The notes under the pieces: model-generated
Seen by the model: the letters and a program-made list of their open reading frames with translations, nothing else
Told to the model about the DNA's origin: nothing
Database searches by the model: none
Assembly: GCA_026023565.1 (NCBI GenBank)
Contig: JAPETS010000040.1
Location: forward strand, 62,001 to 126,000
Direction: 5' to 3'
DNA from: Cirrosporium novae-zelandiae
Lineage: Eukaryota
DNA: 64,000 bases
In this document: piece by piece, positions 26,378 to 37,500 of the stretch
Numbering within the stretch: the first letter of the stretch is position 1
Layout: each line of letters starts with the position of its first letter
Program-made: the position numbers and the translations under genes

Positions 26378-28774
26378 ATGGGAGTGCTTCAGATAGCCAG
26401 AGCGAAGCTGCTCCGAAGATCATCTCACTACGACACCAGTCCCACTCCTTCCCTTCTACACTTCAAGAGAAGACATTCCAACCATAACTCGTCCAAAGTC
26501 GATATTGGTGTTGGTGATTCTTCCTTAGTGGATGATGGCAAGCTTCCCCAGGCCGAAACACAGGAGCTAGACACCGAGGAATCCGTCTTTCCTCCTACGG
26601 ATAAGCCCGCAACCTCTAAATCTTCAGAAATAAATATTGAAGACGACGACTCTGAACACTCCCCTACATCCAGTACCCCGCCTTCACCTATTCATTCTCA
26701 GTCTCCTGCTGAACCCGAACCCGTATCCGTACCCGTACCTGTACCTGTACTGGAACCTGCTCCACTCATCGACGAAGGTGTTCCTGATCTCACCGTTCAA
26801 GAACCGACGCCCGCTGCTGCTGCTCTAGATATAGAAGATAGACCCTCGGCAGAGCTCCCCAATATCGACAAGGGAATCACCCTACCATCCCCCATTACAA
26901 CTCCTAAAAGACCTACGATTGGTTTTCGACGCCAGTCTCTAGTACCAGCCTCTCAACATCGATTAATTAAAACACTTCTGGCGGGTGATAGGGAAATAGG
27001 ATCTCGCAAAACCTCGCTCGACTTTGTCGGCGATACAACCAGCTCGCTGGCAAACATGATAAATAGAAAGATATGGGTGAAAAGGCCGGGGGCCTCTGCT
27101 ACGTTGGTGATGATAAATGAAGATGACCTGGTGGATGACGTGAGGGATGCGATATTAAAGAAATATGCTAATTCTTTGGGTCACAACTTCGATGCACCGG
27201 ATTTGACTCTACGGATTGTACCACGTCAAACACACAGTAACAGTAAGAGTTCTAACGGGGAGCGGATCCTTGGACCAGAGGAGCCAATGACCAGAACATT
27301 GGATGCCTACTATTCTGGAGGCCAGACGGTAGATGAGGCTTTGCTCATTGATATTCCCCAACGGAGGACTCCACGTCCTTCGCCGCGAATCCAACAACAA
27401 ATGCCATATTATTATGAGGAGTCAAGACCTGGCGAGTCGGGGGATTATTTCCCTCTTGTGCCTGTTGGAGGCTCACCGCATGTCGCAAATCTAAGTCTAC
27501 CTCATTCCATGTCCATAGTAAACACAGGACAGCTACCTGCTCTTCCTTCACCTGGAGGTAAAACTTCACGAAAGCAGCGACCACAATACGTTCGTCAACG
27601 AACAGGCTCTCCCACCATTCTCTCCTCTCACCCTCCTCCAAATAGTGGATTATCTCAACAACACTCTTCTCATTCCTCACATTCAAGAATCAACTCTTTT
27701 CATTCAGATACTAAATCCGTCACTGGCGGTCCCCCAGCTCCCCCTCTGCCTACACCTCCAGCACCAGCTGAGCCTTCACCTCGTCCCGTACCTGCTCCAC
27801 CACCAGTACGTACCTCCTCTCCACGACCACAACGTCATCGTTCCGCTGCAAGAAGATACAAGAAATCTGCCGAAACACCTGCCCTTCCTGCTGGCCTTCT
27901 CAATGGCTCTGTACCCCCAATAAATGTCCTCATAGTTGAAGATAACCCCATCAACCTTAAGCTTCTAGAAGCCTTCATGAAACGCTTAAAGGTGCGCTGG
28001 CAAACCGCTATGAACGGCCGAGAAGCAGTAAAGAAATGGCGAGACGGAGGTTTCCACCTTGTTCTTATGGATATCCAACTTCCCATTATGAATGGGCTAC
28101 AGGCTACCAAAGAAATAAGACGGTTAGAACGGTTAAACAATATCGGCGTCTTTTCTTCTAGTGCCAGCAGCACCGCGCCAACAGGAATATTGGATGGGTC
28201 TGTTCCTGAATTGGACGAGGAAGCTGTGGGAGACGATATTTTGGCCGATTTGAACAAATTCAAGAGCCCAGTTATTATCGTTGCTTTAACGGCTAGTTCG
28301 CTCCAGTCAGATAGGCATGAAGCCTTGGCGGCGGGCTGCAATGACTTTTTGACCAAGGTAAATACCATTTTTGTCTTCTGCATCCATCTACTATCGGCCT
28401 TTTCTAGCTCTTGACGTGTTTCTTTGACTAATTTTATATTATAGCCCGTCAACTTCCCCTGGCTCGAACGTAAAGTTATGGAATGGGGATGCATGCAAGC
28501 CCTTATCGACTTTGATGGCTGGCGCAAATGGAAGGACTTTTCGACCCCTGCTACGGGTTCCATTAAAGATGGATCTTCGACCGCCAAGCCCAAATCAAAA
28601 CTATCCAACACAACAAAACCCGAAAAAGGAGAGGCTACGAATGGTGTTGGAGCAGCAGGACCAAGCAATGGTGATAAGAAAAGACCCAAGCCGAGATGGG
28701 AGAATCTTAGTTTGAGTAGTAGGAGTGGAAGTGGTAGTGATGGAATGAATGAAGCTGGCAGCGGTAGTACTTGA
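26378..28774 (+). CDS. SSK1: Two-component response regulator Ssk1 (HOG pathway)
   Basis: IWVKRPGASATLV, VPPINVLIVEDNPIN, FHLVLMDIQLP, IIVALTAS, GCNDFLTK|PVNFPWLERKVMEWGCMQALIDFDGWRKWK; intron 28358-28444. Confidence 0.95.
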
Positions 28775-29302
28775 AGGACTCTATATACCCATTTGATTGA
28801 ACGGGTAGTCTATCCTTGTGGGATTTTTTTGTTGGATTCGGTTTAGGGAAAGGGTGGATGGATTTATTAATGACACTGTGAAGCGTATTTTTTTCAGCGG
28901 GAACAAGGGATGAAAAAAAAACAGGGAGCGATCACAGCAAGGCAACGATTTGAAATGTTATGGATGCGTTTTTTTCTTTCTTTTGTTCTTACTTGATTTG
29001 ATACCTCCTCTAGCTTTGGGCAACAACAAAAACAGTCTTGGATTTGTGTGCTTCGTTTAGCATGAGCATTCTCTTATGTTTCACTTGCCTTTTTTTTTTC
29101 CTTTGTTAATTATAAGATGGATGGATTGGGCAAAGGTAGATAGGGCTTGAGGGAGGAGGTAAATTTGGGAATTTGGGAATTGGAACTAGGACTATAGGAG
29201 TGCCAAATTAAATGGAATGAAACAGAATTGGAAATGGAAATGGAAATGGGGTTTATATAAATCGGAATTTTCTTTTAGATTGTGGATTAGTAGAATAAAG
29301 TA

Positions 29303-29351
29303 GAATGGAGTAAGGAATGGAGTAAGGGATGGAGCAAGGAATGGAGTAAGG
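29303..29351. repeat. 12-bp minisatellite (GGAATGGAGTAA) x4, imperfect
   Basis: Direct reading. Confidence 0.85.
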
Positions 29352-29611
29352 GTTTGGTATTGGTGTGAGAGTATGTATATGATTTTGATTTTTGATTTTT
29401 GGTTTTCGGGGTTAGTTGATGGATGGATTTATATACATGCCATCATCGCCTCCTCACCTTCCCACCGTTTCTTCAAAAACTCACACACATGTCGTACGTA
29501 CATACGTAATATACAAGGTCATCTCATCCCATCCTATCCATCCTATCCATCCTACCCATCCATTCATTCATTCAATATCACTATCACATCCACATCCACC
29601 CACTCATTCCT

Positions 29612-30990
29612 TCACTCCACCCTCGTAGGAATCTTAACCTGCCCCCCCTTCCGATCCTGATGCGGAAACCCATACCTCCACCCCACCCCCCTATGACTCC
29701 TTCCATCCCTCCCCACATCCTCAACACTAACCTCGCGAAACCTAAACTCCCAACGGGGGCTCTGAACCTTTAATGTATGTTCCTCGCGTTCCCTCCGCTC
29801 CCGTTCCTCCCTTTGCTGCTTGTCGCCGAGTTCCTTATCCTCCCTCCGGGACGCATTCAGCATGCGCTCGTTGACAGATAGACCGGCGTCCATTTCCTTT
29901 TGCATTTCGATGAGTTCGGGGTGTGGGATTCGCTTCTCGGCGGGGAGGAGGTTGCGGTTGAAGACTTTGGCGGCGTCGGTGCGTGTGAAGTAGGTGGATT
30001 CGGGGACGGGGTGGAAGATTTGCGGGCGGGTCCAGGGGTGCGTGGGGAGGTCGTTTATTGGTTCATGGGGGGTGGGGGGGTTTGTTAGGGGCGTTATGGG
30101 GAGCATGCTCATTACTGCTTTGGCGTAGGGTGTGCTGAGTTTTCGGCCCTGGATGGTGGGGGGGGGGGTTAGTCTTTTTTTTAGGAGGGGGGGGGGGGTA
30201 GTTGGTGAGGAGGTGGGTGGAGGAGGTAGGTGGCAAGATCAGAACCAAAAATAAAATAACCATGTGGGTGTCTTCAAGACTAATCGAATTTTATATATTT
30301 TACTCATCATTTGTTTTGCCGTTGTGTGCTTTGGGAGGGGGGTTGGTCCAAAAGGACGGAGGAGGAGAAACCCCGATTGCTTGTAAAAGGGAAAATATCT
30401 TACGATAAATAAAAACGTACCTCTTGAATCCATCTCTTTTCAATTTCCTTCAGTCTTACTACTGCTCCAACCCTGTTCATATCAACCCCCAACTCCACAC
30501 TCACCACCCTCACCGACTTCCCATGCTGAACCACCCTCCGCCAGATCTCCTCCCTCAACTCCTCACTTAGCACATTCTGACTCCGAAATTGTCGATTGTT
30601 TGGAAACGGCATTAGGTCAAATTCATCTTCCTTGGGCAATGGCTTCTCGCCCTCAAAATTGGTGAGTAATTTTTCCTCAGTTGCCTTGCCGGGTTCCGTA
30701 GGCACGTGTCGGTCCATAGCACGCAGGAGTCTCCCCCCGCGAGTATATGCGGTTAGATAGTTTGTTGAACCCGGGAGAGGATCTTTGAAATTTCTTCCTG
30801 GTCCATTCAGCCACCGAAACATCTCACGGCGGAGAAGGGTTCGCCCGGCTTGGGAAGCCGGGGTAGAGGAGAAGGAGCGGGGGGACTGGTAGAGACATTG
30901 GAATTGGGTTGGAGGGGGGAGGGGTCTGGTTGAGGTGGGTTGAAGAGTGAAGGCTGTTTCGAGGTGAGGTTTTCGTATTCGGGGAGGCAT
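29612..30990 (-). CDS. MRPS35: Mitochondrial small-subunit ribosomal protein mS45 (Mrps35)
   Basis: Presequence-like N-terminus; WLNGPG, PFPNNRQFRSQNVLSEELREEIW, RVGAVVRLKEIE; intron 30420-30149; C-terminal GWRYGFPHQDRKGGQVKIPTRVE. Confidence 0.9.
30232..30320 (-). ncRNA. Intronic box C/D snoRNA
   Basis: Minus strand: GGCAA..ATGATGA (C box 30310-30304)..TTCGATTAGTCTT(GA)..CTGA (D box 30242-30239)..TTGCC terminal stem; 13-nt complement to the conserved LSU rRNA segment AAGACUAAUCGAA; same strand as host intron. Confidence 0.8.
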
Positions 30991-32731
30991 TGCAATTGTG
31001 GATTATTTGAAAAACATATAGGATATTTCTTTTGAAAGCAAGAAATAAATATCTTGCTACATAGAACAGAGAGAGGGAGAAGGAGAGAGAGAGAGCGGAG
31101 TCCAACTACAAGAGAAATTGACGTTTGTGGTTTGTGGGTGTTGAGATATGGTACAACACTCTCTAAAATTTCAGCCAAGCTCTCCATCTCTCACTTGGGG
31201 CGCCAAGTCATGGATCTTCAATCACGTGATCCCCAGTCAGCCTTTCGCATTTTAGCAAAAAGAAAAAATAATTAACAAAAAACACACCAAGGCTGGTTTA
31301 TGCAATCGGATCAATTTCTACTTAGCTTATCCTATCCATAGTACTTTCTAGCTGCGTAAAAAATATCTTATTTATTTGTCCATATTTATCTCAAATGTCT
31401 CGTTTCTCATTCCTTCCATCTGTTTTCTTTGTTGATACACTGTGATGGAACTATCCCCCCCCCCCCCAAAAGATCGAACATGTACCTCCTACATCACCCA
31501 CCCCCCCCCCTCCGATTCCATACAGATCCTTACAATTCAGAGATGGCTGTCACACTTTTTCGTACAATAGTATAACAAATGCAGATCATTTCTATAAAAT
31601 ACGGATGACCCTAGATTTCTATCATGAGACTCGGTCACGAATACTTTTCAACATCGATCCACACGCCATCCGATGCCTTCCTGAGTGCTTTGACATTGAC
31701 ATATTTCCTATCACAACTTTTCTTGCTACTCTTTGAGACATTGCTGACCTTAGGACACCCCTTCGTCTGAGACAACGCCAATGCAAAATCTTCATTTCAA
31801 AGAGTTCAACTCTTTCAATGCACAAATGACCTTCTAGAAACATGCTTATTCGTTAGACAATGGTCCATTCTAGCATCTCACTCATCAAGCCATGATAACG
31901 ACGACACCGCCAGCAACTAAAGAGATCACACTGAAAAGCCACCAGCGCCTAGGCTACCATCTCAGCGGAAGCGACAGGATGCAGAAATGCCTACATAAAC
32001 TCCTTGCTTTTCCTCCAAGCTCAACCATGTCGGTGAATGTTTCCCACGCTCTGCATGAAAAAAAAGCCCAGCCCAGGTGAAAACTACCGAAATACACGCC
32101 TCTGCAAACCCAACGCCTCATAAAGATCGAACCACATAACGGAATACTTGAAACCGCAAGCTATTTGAAGATCTCCCTAACGCAAAATCCCAGATATGGT
32201 TTCTGCACATTGGAATATAATTTCGTCGCGGACCCGTTTATTGTATCAGGTGGCCTTGAGCTTTCAATATTCGGCATACTCCTTCGTTTGCCGACTAATA
32301 TTAGCGGAGGAGGAAAGTCCCGTTATCATGTCCTCCAGATCATGCAAATATCCATTACTATGCCCTCGCTAATGTGGATCGGAAAAGACAGTGAAGAAAG
32401 CGAAGATGATTAAACACCAGCCCATGCCCCCAGTATCTTTATGCTCCGCTCATGTCTTGTCGCTAAAGGGGGAATCATTTGTAGTGCACCCGAACCAAGC
32501 CAACCGATAATTTCCACCGAATACATGTCCCTATGAGATCCGAAGTCGGTGTATTGCCCGTCCCCAGAGTCTGAAAAGAAAAGAAAATAAAATAAAAGAA
32601 GAAAAAGGTTGCGAAAATTGCATACAATAGGAGGAAGCAGAGATGCCATGCCATGGCTGACAGAAGGCCCACGTCCCAGAATGCTGTCATATCTTCGTTT
32701 ACGCATGCTCTCATATATGTCAGTGAGGCCC

Positions 32732-34558
32732 TCAAGGGTGGCCACCAAGATAATCATTGAAACCATTCATCTTGACCTCATCTCTACTTGTAGGAGATGA
32801 TACTGCAGGGAAAGCTGATGTCCGCATTGCGTTCATGCTGGCATTGTTCATTGCTATACTATTTCCAAAGAAGCTGTTGGCGGTTGATCCGTTGGTAATG
32901 CCATTTTGAGGTCTATTCAAGGAGTTCATATGATTCGCCTGCAACCCCCCTAGGCCAGGTGGAGTGAGTCCCGGAGGCGGCCCACTAGCCGTAGCAAATT
33001 GTTGTCCGGTCATATTTCCATACCCGCCACTAACTGCTGAAACAGGACCTTGTGGTGGCATGCTAGACGAGGCTAGACTACCAGGTTGGCCATTACGCAC
33101 CCCTAATGGATTTTTGGAGAAGCTCAACCGGATGCCGCCCTTGACACTGTTATGAAGCATATGCCCATACAGTTCGTTGAGAGCCTTTGTAGCATACGAA
33201 ATATCTTCGAATTCGACGAAGCACATAGGACCATTTTGCTTGGTTCGGAAACACAGCCTCTTGTAGCCCCGCTGCTTTGAAAACATGGCCTTCAATTCAT
33301 CCTCAGAAGTATCGAGGGGAAGGTTGCCGACATACAAAGTGTTACAGGGCGGATTTTGATCAGCGGGGTTAACTGGCGGGTAGTTATGACGCGAAGGATA
33401 GTGCTGGTTTGCTAGCTGATAGCTCGCATTCGGGCCAATATTCCCTAGTCCAGTTGGAGACAAGGCAGTTGGAGTTTGCATCGCTACTGCCGATCGTGGA
33501 GAGGCATATGACATGGGAGGAGGTGAAATATTCTGGGTGGATAGTGTAAGACTTGAAAAACGTCCCACGGGTATTTGTGGGTTTGTGGGCCGTCGAGACT
33601 GAGGGCTCTGCACATTGTTTGAAAGTCCGTTGATCCCATATCCAACAGACTCATTGAGTAAGTCACCTGTTTCATCGTCCACTAAGTCCTGACTGATGAC
33701 CGATTTTCCTACGTTGTTTGTCATGCCTCTTCCGTACATGAAGTTGTGATAATTCCCATCAGAATCGGAAGAACCTAGGTCAAAATCGCCATTTGTCATT
33801 GCATTCCCTATGCCTAGTCCATTGCTATTGGGGGGGGATGTACGGCCCATGTTCTTGAAGGTACCGTTGAAACGAGAGGTCTGACGAGAAGGTCCGAAGC
33901 CGGCCAAGGATGCGGCGGAAGTGCCGGAGGGCGGTACTCCACGGCTCACGGCATTGTCGAAAGTGTTGCGTCGACTCCCAAGTGGTCCACCAGATGATCC
34001 GTGCCACATCTCCACAATCATGTTGGTTTCTTTTGCAGTATTTGGCTTCCCGTCGAGGAAAGAACGGGCATGCTGTGCTCCAGATGGGGATTTGAATCGC
34101 GCAACCGCCGTAAGATAGGAGACATCTTCACCATATTGATTCGATATAAAATAAAGGTCTAGGAAATCATTGGCGGCGATAGTTGTTAATATGGCACGCA
34201 GAGTGTCATCGGTAGTATTCCGTGATAGTCTACGAATCAAAATGGCAGAATCAGCCAAGGAATCAAAATCCATGGAAGGGAGATCCGGGTCTGAAGACAA
34301 GCGAGGCGTAATCATAATACCGGGATCTTTGGATACTGGATGACCGATGGGAGAGAATGCTTTATGGTACGGTAAAGTTAGGGGGGGAGATTGTATTATC
34401 GGGGAAGCAAAGGATTCCATATTCCTTGCTGTTTGTGAGGGGGTAGTCGTTAATCGGGAGCCGATTACGCCGTGTGGAGGTGAGGGTCGCGATGTGGATG
34501 AGCCTTTGCTGCTATTCAAATCTGTGGATGTCGGCCCGCTAGGAGGGCCTCCAGCCAT
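32732..34558 (-). CDS. WHI3: Whi3-like RRM RNA-binding protein
   Basis: C-terminal PPVNPADQNPPCNTLYVGNLPLDTSEDELKAMFSKQRGYKRLCFRTKQNGPMCFVEFED..GGIRLSFSKNPLGVR; degenerate N-terminal RRM. Confidence 0.93.
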   Translation of the reverse strand: MAGGPPSGPTSTDLNSSKGSSTSRPSPPHGVIGSRLTTTPSQTARNMESFASPIIQSPPLTLPYHKAFSPIGHPVSKDPGIMITPRLSSDPDLPSMDFDSLADSAILIRRLSRNTTDDTLRAILTTIAANDFLDLYFISNQYGEDVSYLTAVARFKSPSGAQHARSFLDGKPNTAKETNMIVEMWHGSSGGPLGSRRNTFDNAVSRGVPPSGTSAASLAGFGPSRQTSRFNGTFKNMGRTSPPNSNGLGIGNAMTNGDFDLGSSDSDGNYHNFMYGRGMTNNVGKSVISQDLVDDETGDLLNESVGYGINGLSNNVQSPQSRRPTNPQIPVGRFSSLTLSTQNISPPPMSYASPRSAVAMQTPTALSPTGLGNIGPNASYQLANQHYPSRHNYPPVNPADQNPPCNTLYVGNLPLDTSEDELKAMFSKQRGYKRLCFRTKQNGPMCFVEFEDISYATKALNELYGHMLHNSVKGGIRLSFSKNPLGVRNGQPGSLASSSMPPQGPVSAVSGGYGNMTGQQFATASGPPPGLTPPGLGGLQANHMNSLNRPQNGITNGSTANSFFGNSIAMNNASMNAMRTSAFPAVSSPTSRDEVKMNGFNDYLGGHP

Positions 34559-37500
34559 CGACGAGGGCCCAAAATAATTTTTGGCAAGCTGAAGACTGGT
34601 TTGAATGAGCTGGAGTGTCCGGATTACACTTCCAGCTATATATATATATCTCTCTCTCTCCTATGACACCTTTTACGACACGGCAAATCGAAGCAATAAG
34701 GTAAGATTGTAAAGATCTAAGGTGTGATGATCCTACTGAGAGAATTAGTATTGTTTCATCTTCAAGTCATCATGAAGGACTATGTTAAGATTTTTCTATC
34801 TGGCAAAGTGCGTGAGATGAATATATACCTGTAGCGAGAAATACGATCTGAATCGCAATTCTGGTGCCAGAAGAGTTCTTCCTCTATAAGCGCGTCACGG
34901 CCCACCACGGTTGACAGAAAAGCTTAACCGCACAGCTGTGTAGATGTGACCGTAAGGTGTCAGTAAGGTTGAGAACGGCTTAATGGTGCCTTAAGTGGCC
35001 TGAAGTCTGTCAGGCGAGGACAGATGGTGATGATAAGATGCTTGAATGCGCCTGGGGAGGTAGCAGTCAAGTTTTGGGAGTGACAACCAGAATGACGGCG
35101 AAGGTATTCAAGGACGGGGGGAGGGTGGATTGCGCCGATAGGTAATATCACCTAAAGTATGCAGCAATAGGAACTAGACGGTCAAGAGGGTCAAGACTTG
35201 GTTGAAGGATGAATTTAGGCTGTGCGCTACATCCAAGTTCCCGAATGGACCTTGGAGGTAGTCAAGGTGACAGACAAGGTGGTCGCGTTGTACAGAAATG
35301 GTGACCGAACTTTTTGTAGCTTGTTTGAAATCGCACGAGTTGAACGGCGACGGTAGTGACTGAGTGAAACAGTCCTAGAAAGTTTGTCGACCAGTCGGGA
35401 GGTCGTGGCTTGACCGACTACCTGCAGCTGCACAATGAGGACGGCGCACCCCTTTAGAGGTTGTTGCGATGCGTTGTGGGGGCCCTAAGCTGAGATGCTT
35501 GCTGCGTTGCGCTTGTAATGTACTTTTGGTTTTTTGGCTGTTTTTTTCTTCGATTTGCGACAGATATGAGAGATGAGTTCGCTTCTCTCTCTCTCTCTTT
35601 TTTTTTTTTTTTTTCAGTTGAAAGAAGACAAGGGAGAGCGAAATAGTAGAAGAAAGAAGCAATGTGTGATTGTATCTATCTACTCGAGATATGGCGCGAG
35701 CTTTGGTGGCGGGGGAAGGGGGTTGTTTGGTTGTGACTTGCCGTTCCTTATCGAGATGCGAGACAAGGGAACAAAGGAGCGATGATCGATTAGTGGTGGG
35801 GGGGGGGGAGGGGGTGGATTGTTCACAGAGGATGTACGGGAGGGTGGAAGAGAACAATGGGTATTATTATGTGGTTTAGCGGAATTGTAGAAATTGAAGG
35901 AGAGAGAATGGAAAAGAGCGATTAAGGAGGATTGAATGAGGAAGTTCAAAGAAGTCGAGGAAGTTGAGGATAGAAGAAAGGAAAGGTTCAAGTTTGAGGT
36001 TGAGGAAGGTGCATAAGAGCGTGTAGGTGTGTGCATGGGAGGGAGGGGATGGAATTGGGATGGTATGGGTTCGGTATGGTATGGTAGGGTAGGGTAGTTT
36101 ACGGATGGCAGCAGCATGGACTACCATGGGGACAGTCAATCAGTAAAACTATCTGAGGTCTGAGGGAGAGAGCAAAGTAGACGTAGGCGAAGGCGTCAGT
36201 CACTACTAAGATGCGAAAAGTGTGCGAAAACTACAAGGGCCCTTTTTTTTTATTTTTATTTTATTTTTATTTTTTTATTTTTAATTAGATTCTATCGGGA
36301 TACATTGGATTCAATCATTGCATCCATCGAATTTCTAACATGTGTAATTAATTAGATTATTTACAACCATGGAAAGAGGTTTTTTTTATTTTTTATTTAT
36401 TTATTTTTCTTTCTCTCAAAGTCCAAGGGGGAGGGGGGGGGGGATCCAATGAGGTCTAAAGAGTTAGGAAGAGGTCCAAGAGCCTAAGATTTGACAAAAG
36501 ATACACAAAGTACGTACACAGGTTTTTTATTTTTTCCAACTGGGGGGACCCTTGTACGCCATCTTTAATCGGTTGCCAATGAATAGGTACCCAACTTAGT
36601 ACCAATCAGCGATTACATTACATGGGGTGGGCAACAATAACAGAAAGAGAACATCCAGAGAAAGAAGAAGAAAAAAAAGAAAAAAAGAAAAGAGAAAAAG
36701 AAAAGAAAAGAAAAAAAACGAGTCTAACTGGATAAGGTGATAAACCTGTCCTTGATAAACCGGCGCCCCCCTTCAACCCTTCATTCAACTCTTTAGGATT
36801 TTCCCACTGGTGATGTGACCCAGGACCTGGTTAGTATTATTTATTAGTTACTTGGGAACTAAGCTAAGAATCAAGTTCAAAGAGTTGCCAAAGAGTTGCC
36901 AATTCTGAGTCAAAATGAAGAGAGTAAAAAGAGAGAGAGAGAGGACGGGGGAAAGGTTTAGTGGGATCGCGGGAGAGCGAGTAAATGCTGGTCCAGCCAT
37001 GAAGATGGATCCGCTATTTCTTTCCCCGGACCCAATCACTCTACAGAGTCTACAGAGTCTACACAGTCTACACAGTTCAACATTCTCATCAGCGAAAAGT
37101 ACTTGGTTGTCAAGATCAGAAAATCTATGAAGAAGTTAAAAGTATTGGATCAAAATAAATCTCACCTTCATTCCCTTACCCATCTTTTCATATCCAACGC
37201 CTTTTTCCAAGGGCTGACAACTAAAGGATTTGAGAGGTCCTCACGGTCCTTTTGGTCCTTGTTAGTTGGTTACCCTTTACCAATCCTTAAGCCTTGAAGG
37301 CTTTAAAGCAAGCCCCAAGAACAAGAATTCTATTTACATTTACGTTAACATTTACAATTACATCTACATTGTAAGATTTAATTGACTTTGACTTTGGAAC
37401 TTGGGAACTGTGCACCCCAAACCTTTTGGACGCTTGGACACATTTGCAACTCTTGGACTTTTTCTCGTCGGTCGTGCTCCATCATCCACCATCCATCATC

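Noticed and set aside
27835..28689. 284-aa antisense ORF over SSK1 (also 12444-12983 and 55463-55957)
   Set aside because: Shadow ORFs opposite real genes, with no independent motifs
31584..31596. GATCATTTCTATA matching U3 snoRNA box A
   Set aside because: Boxes C', B, C and D are not found at plausible spacing
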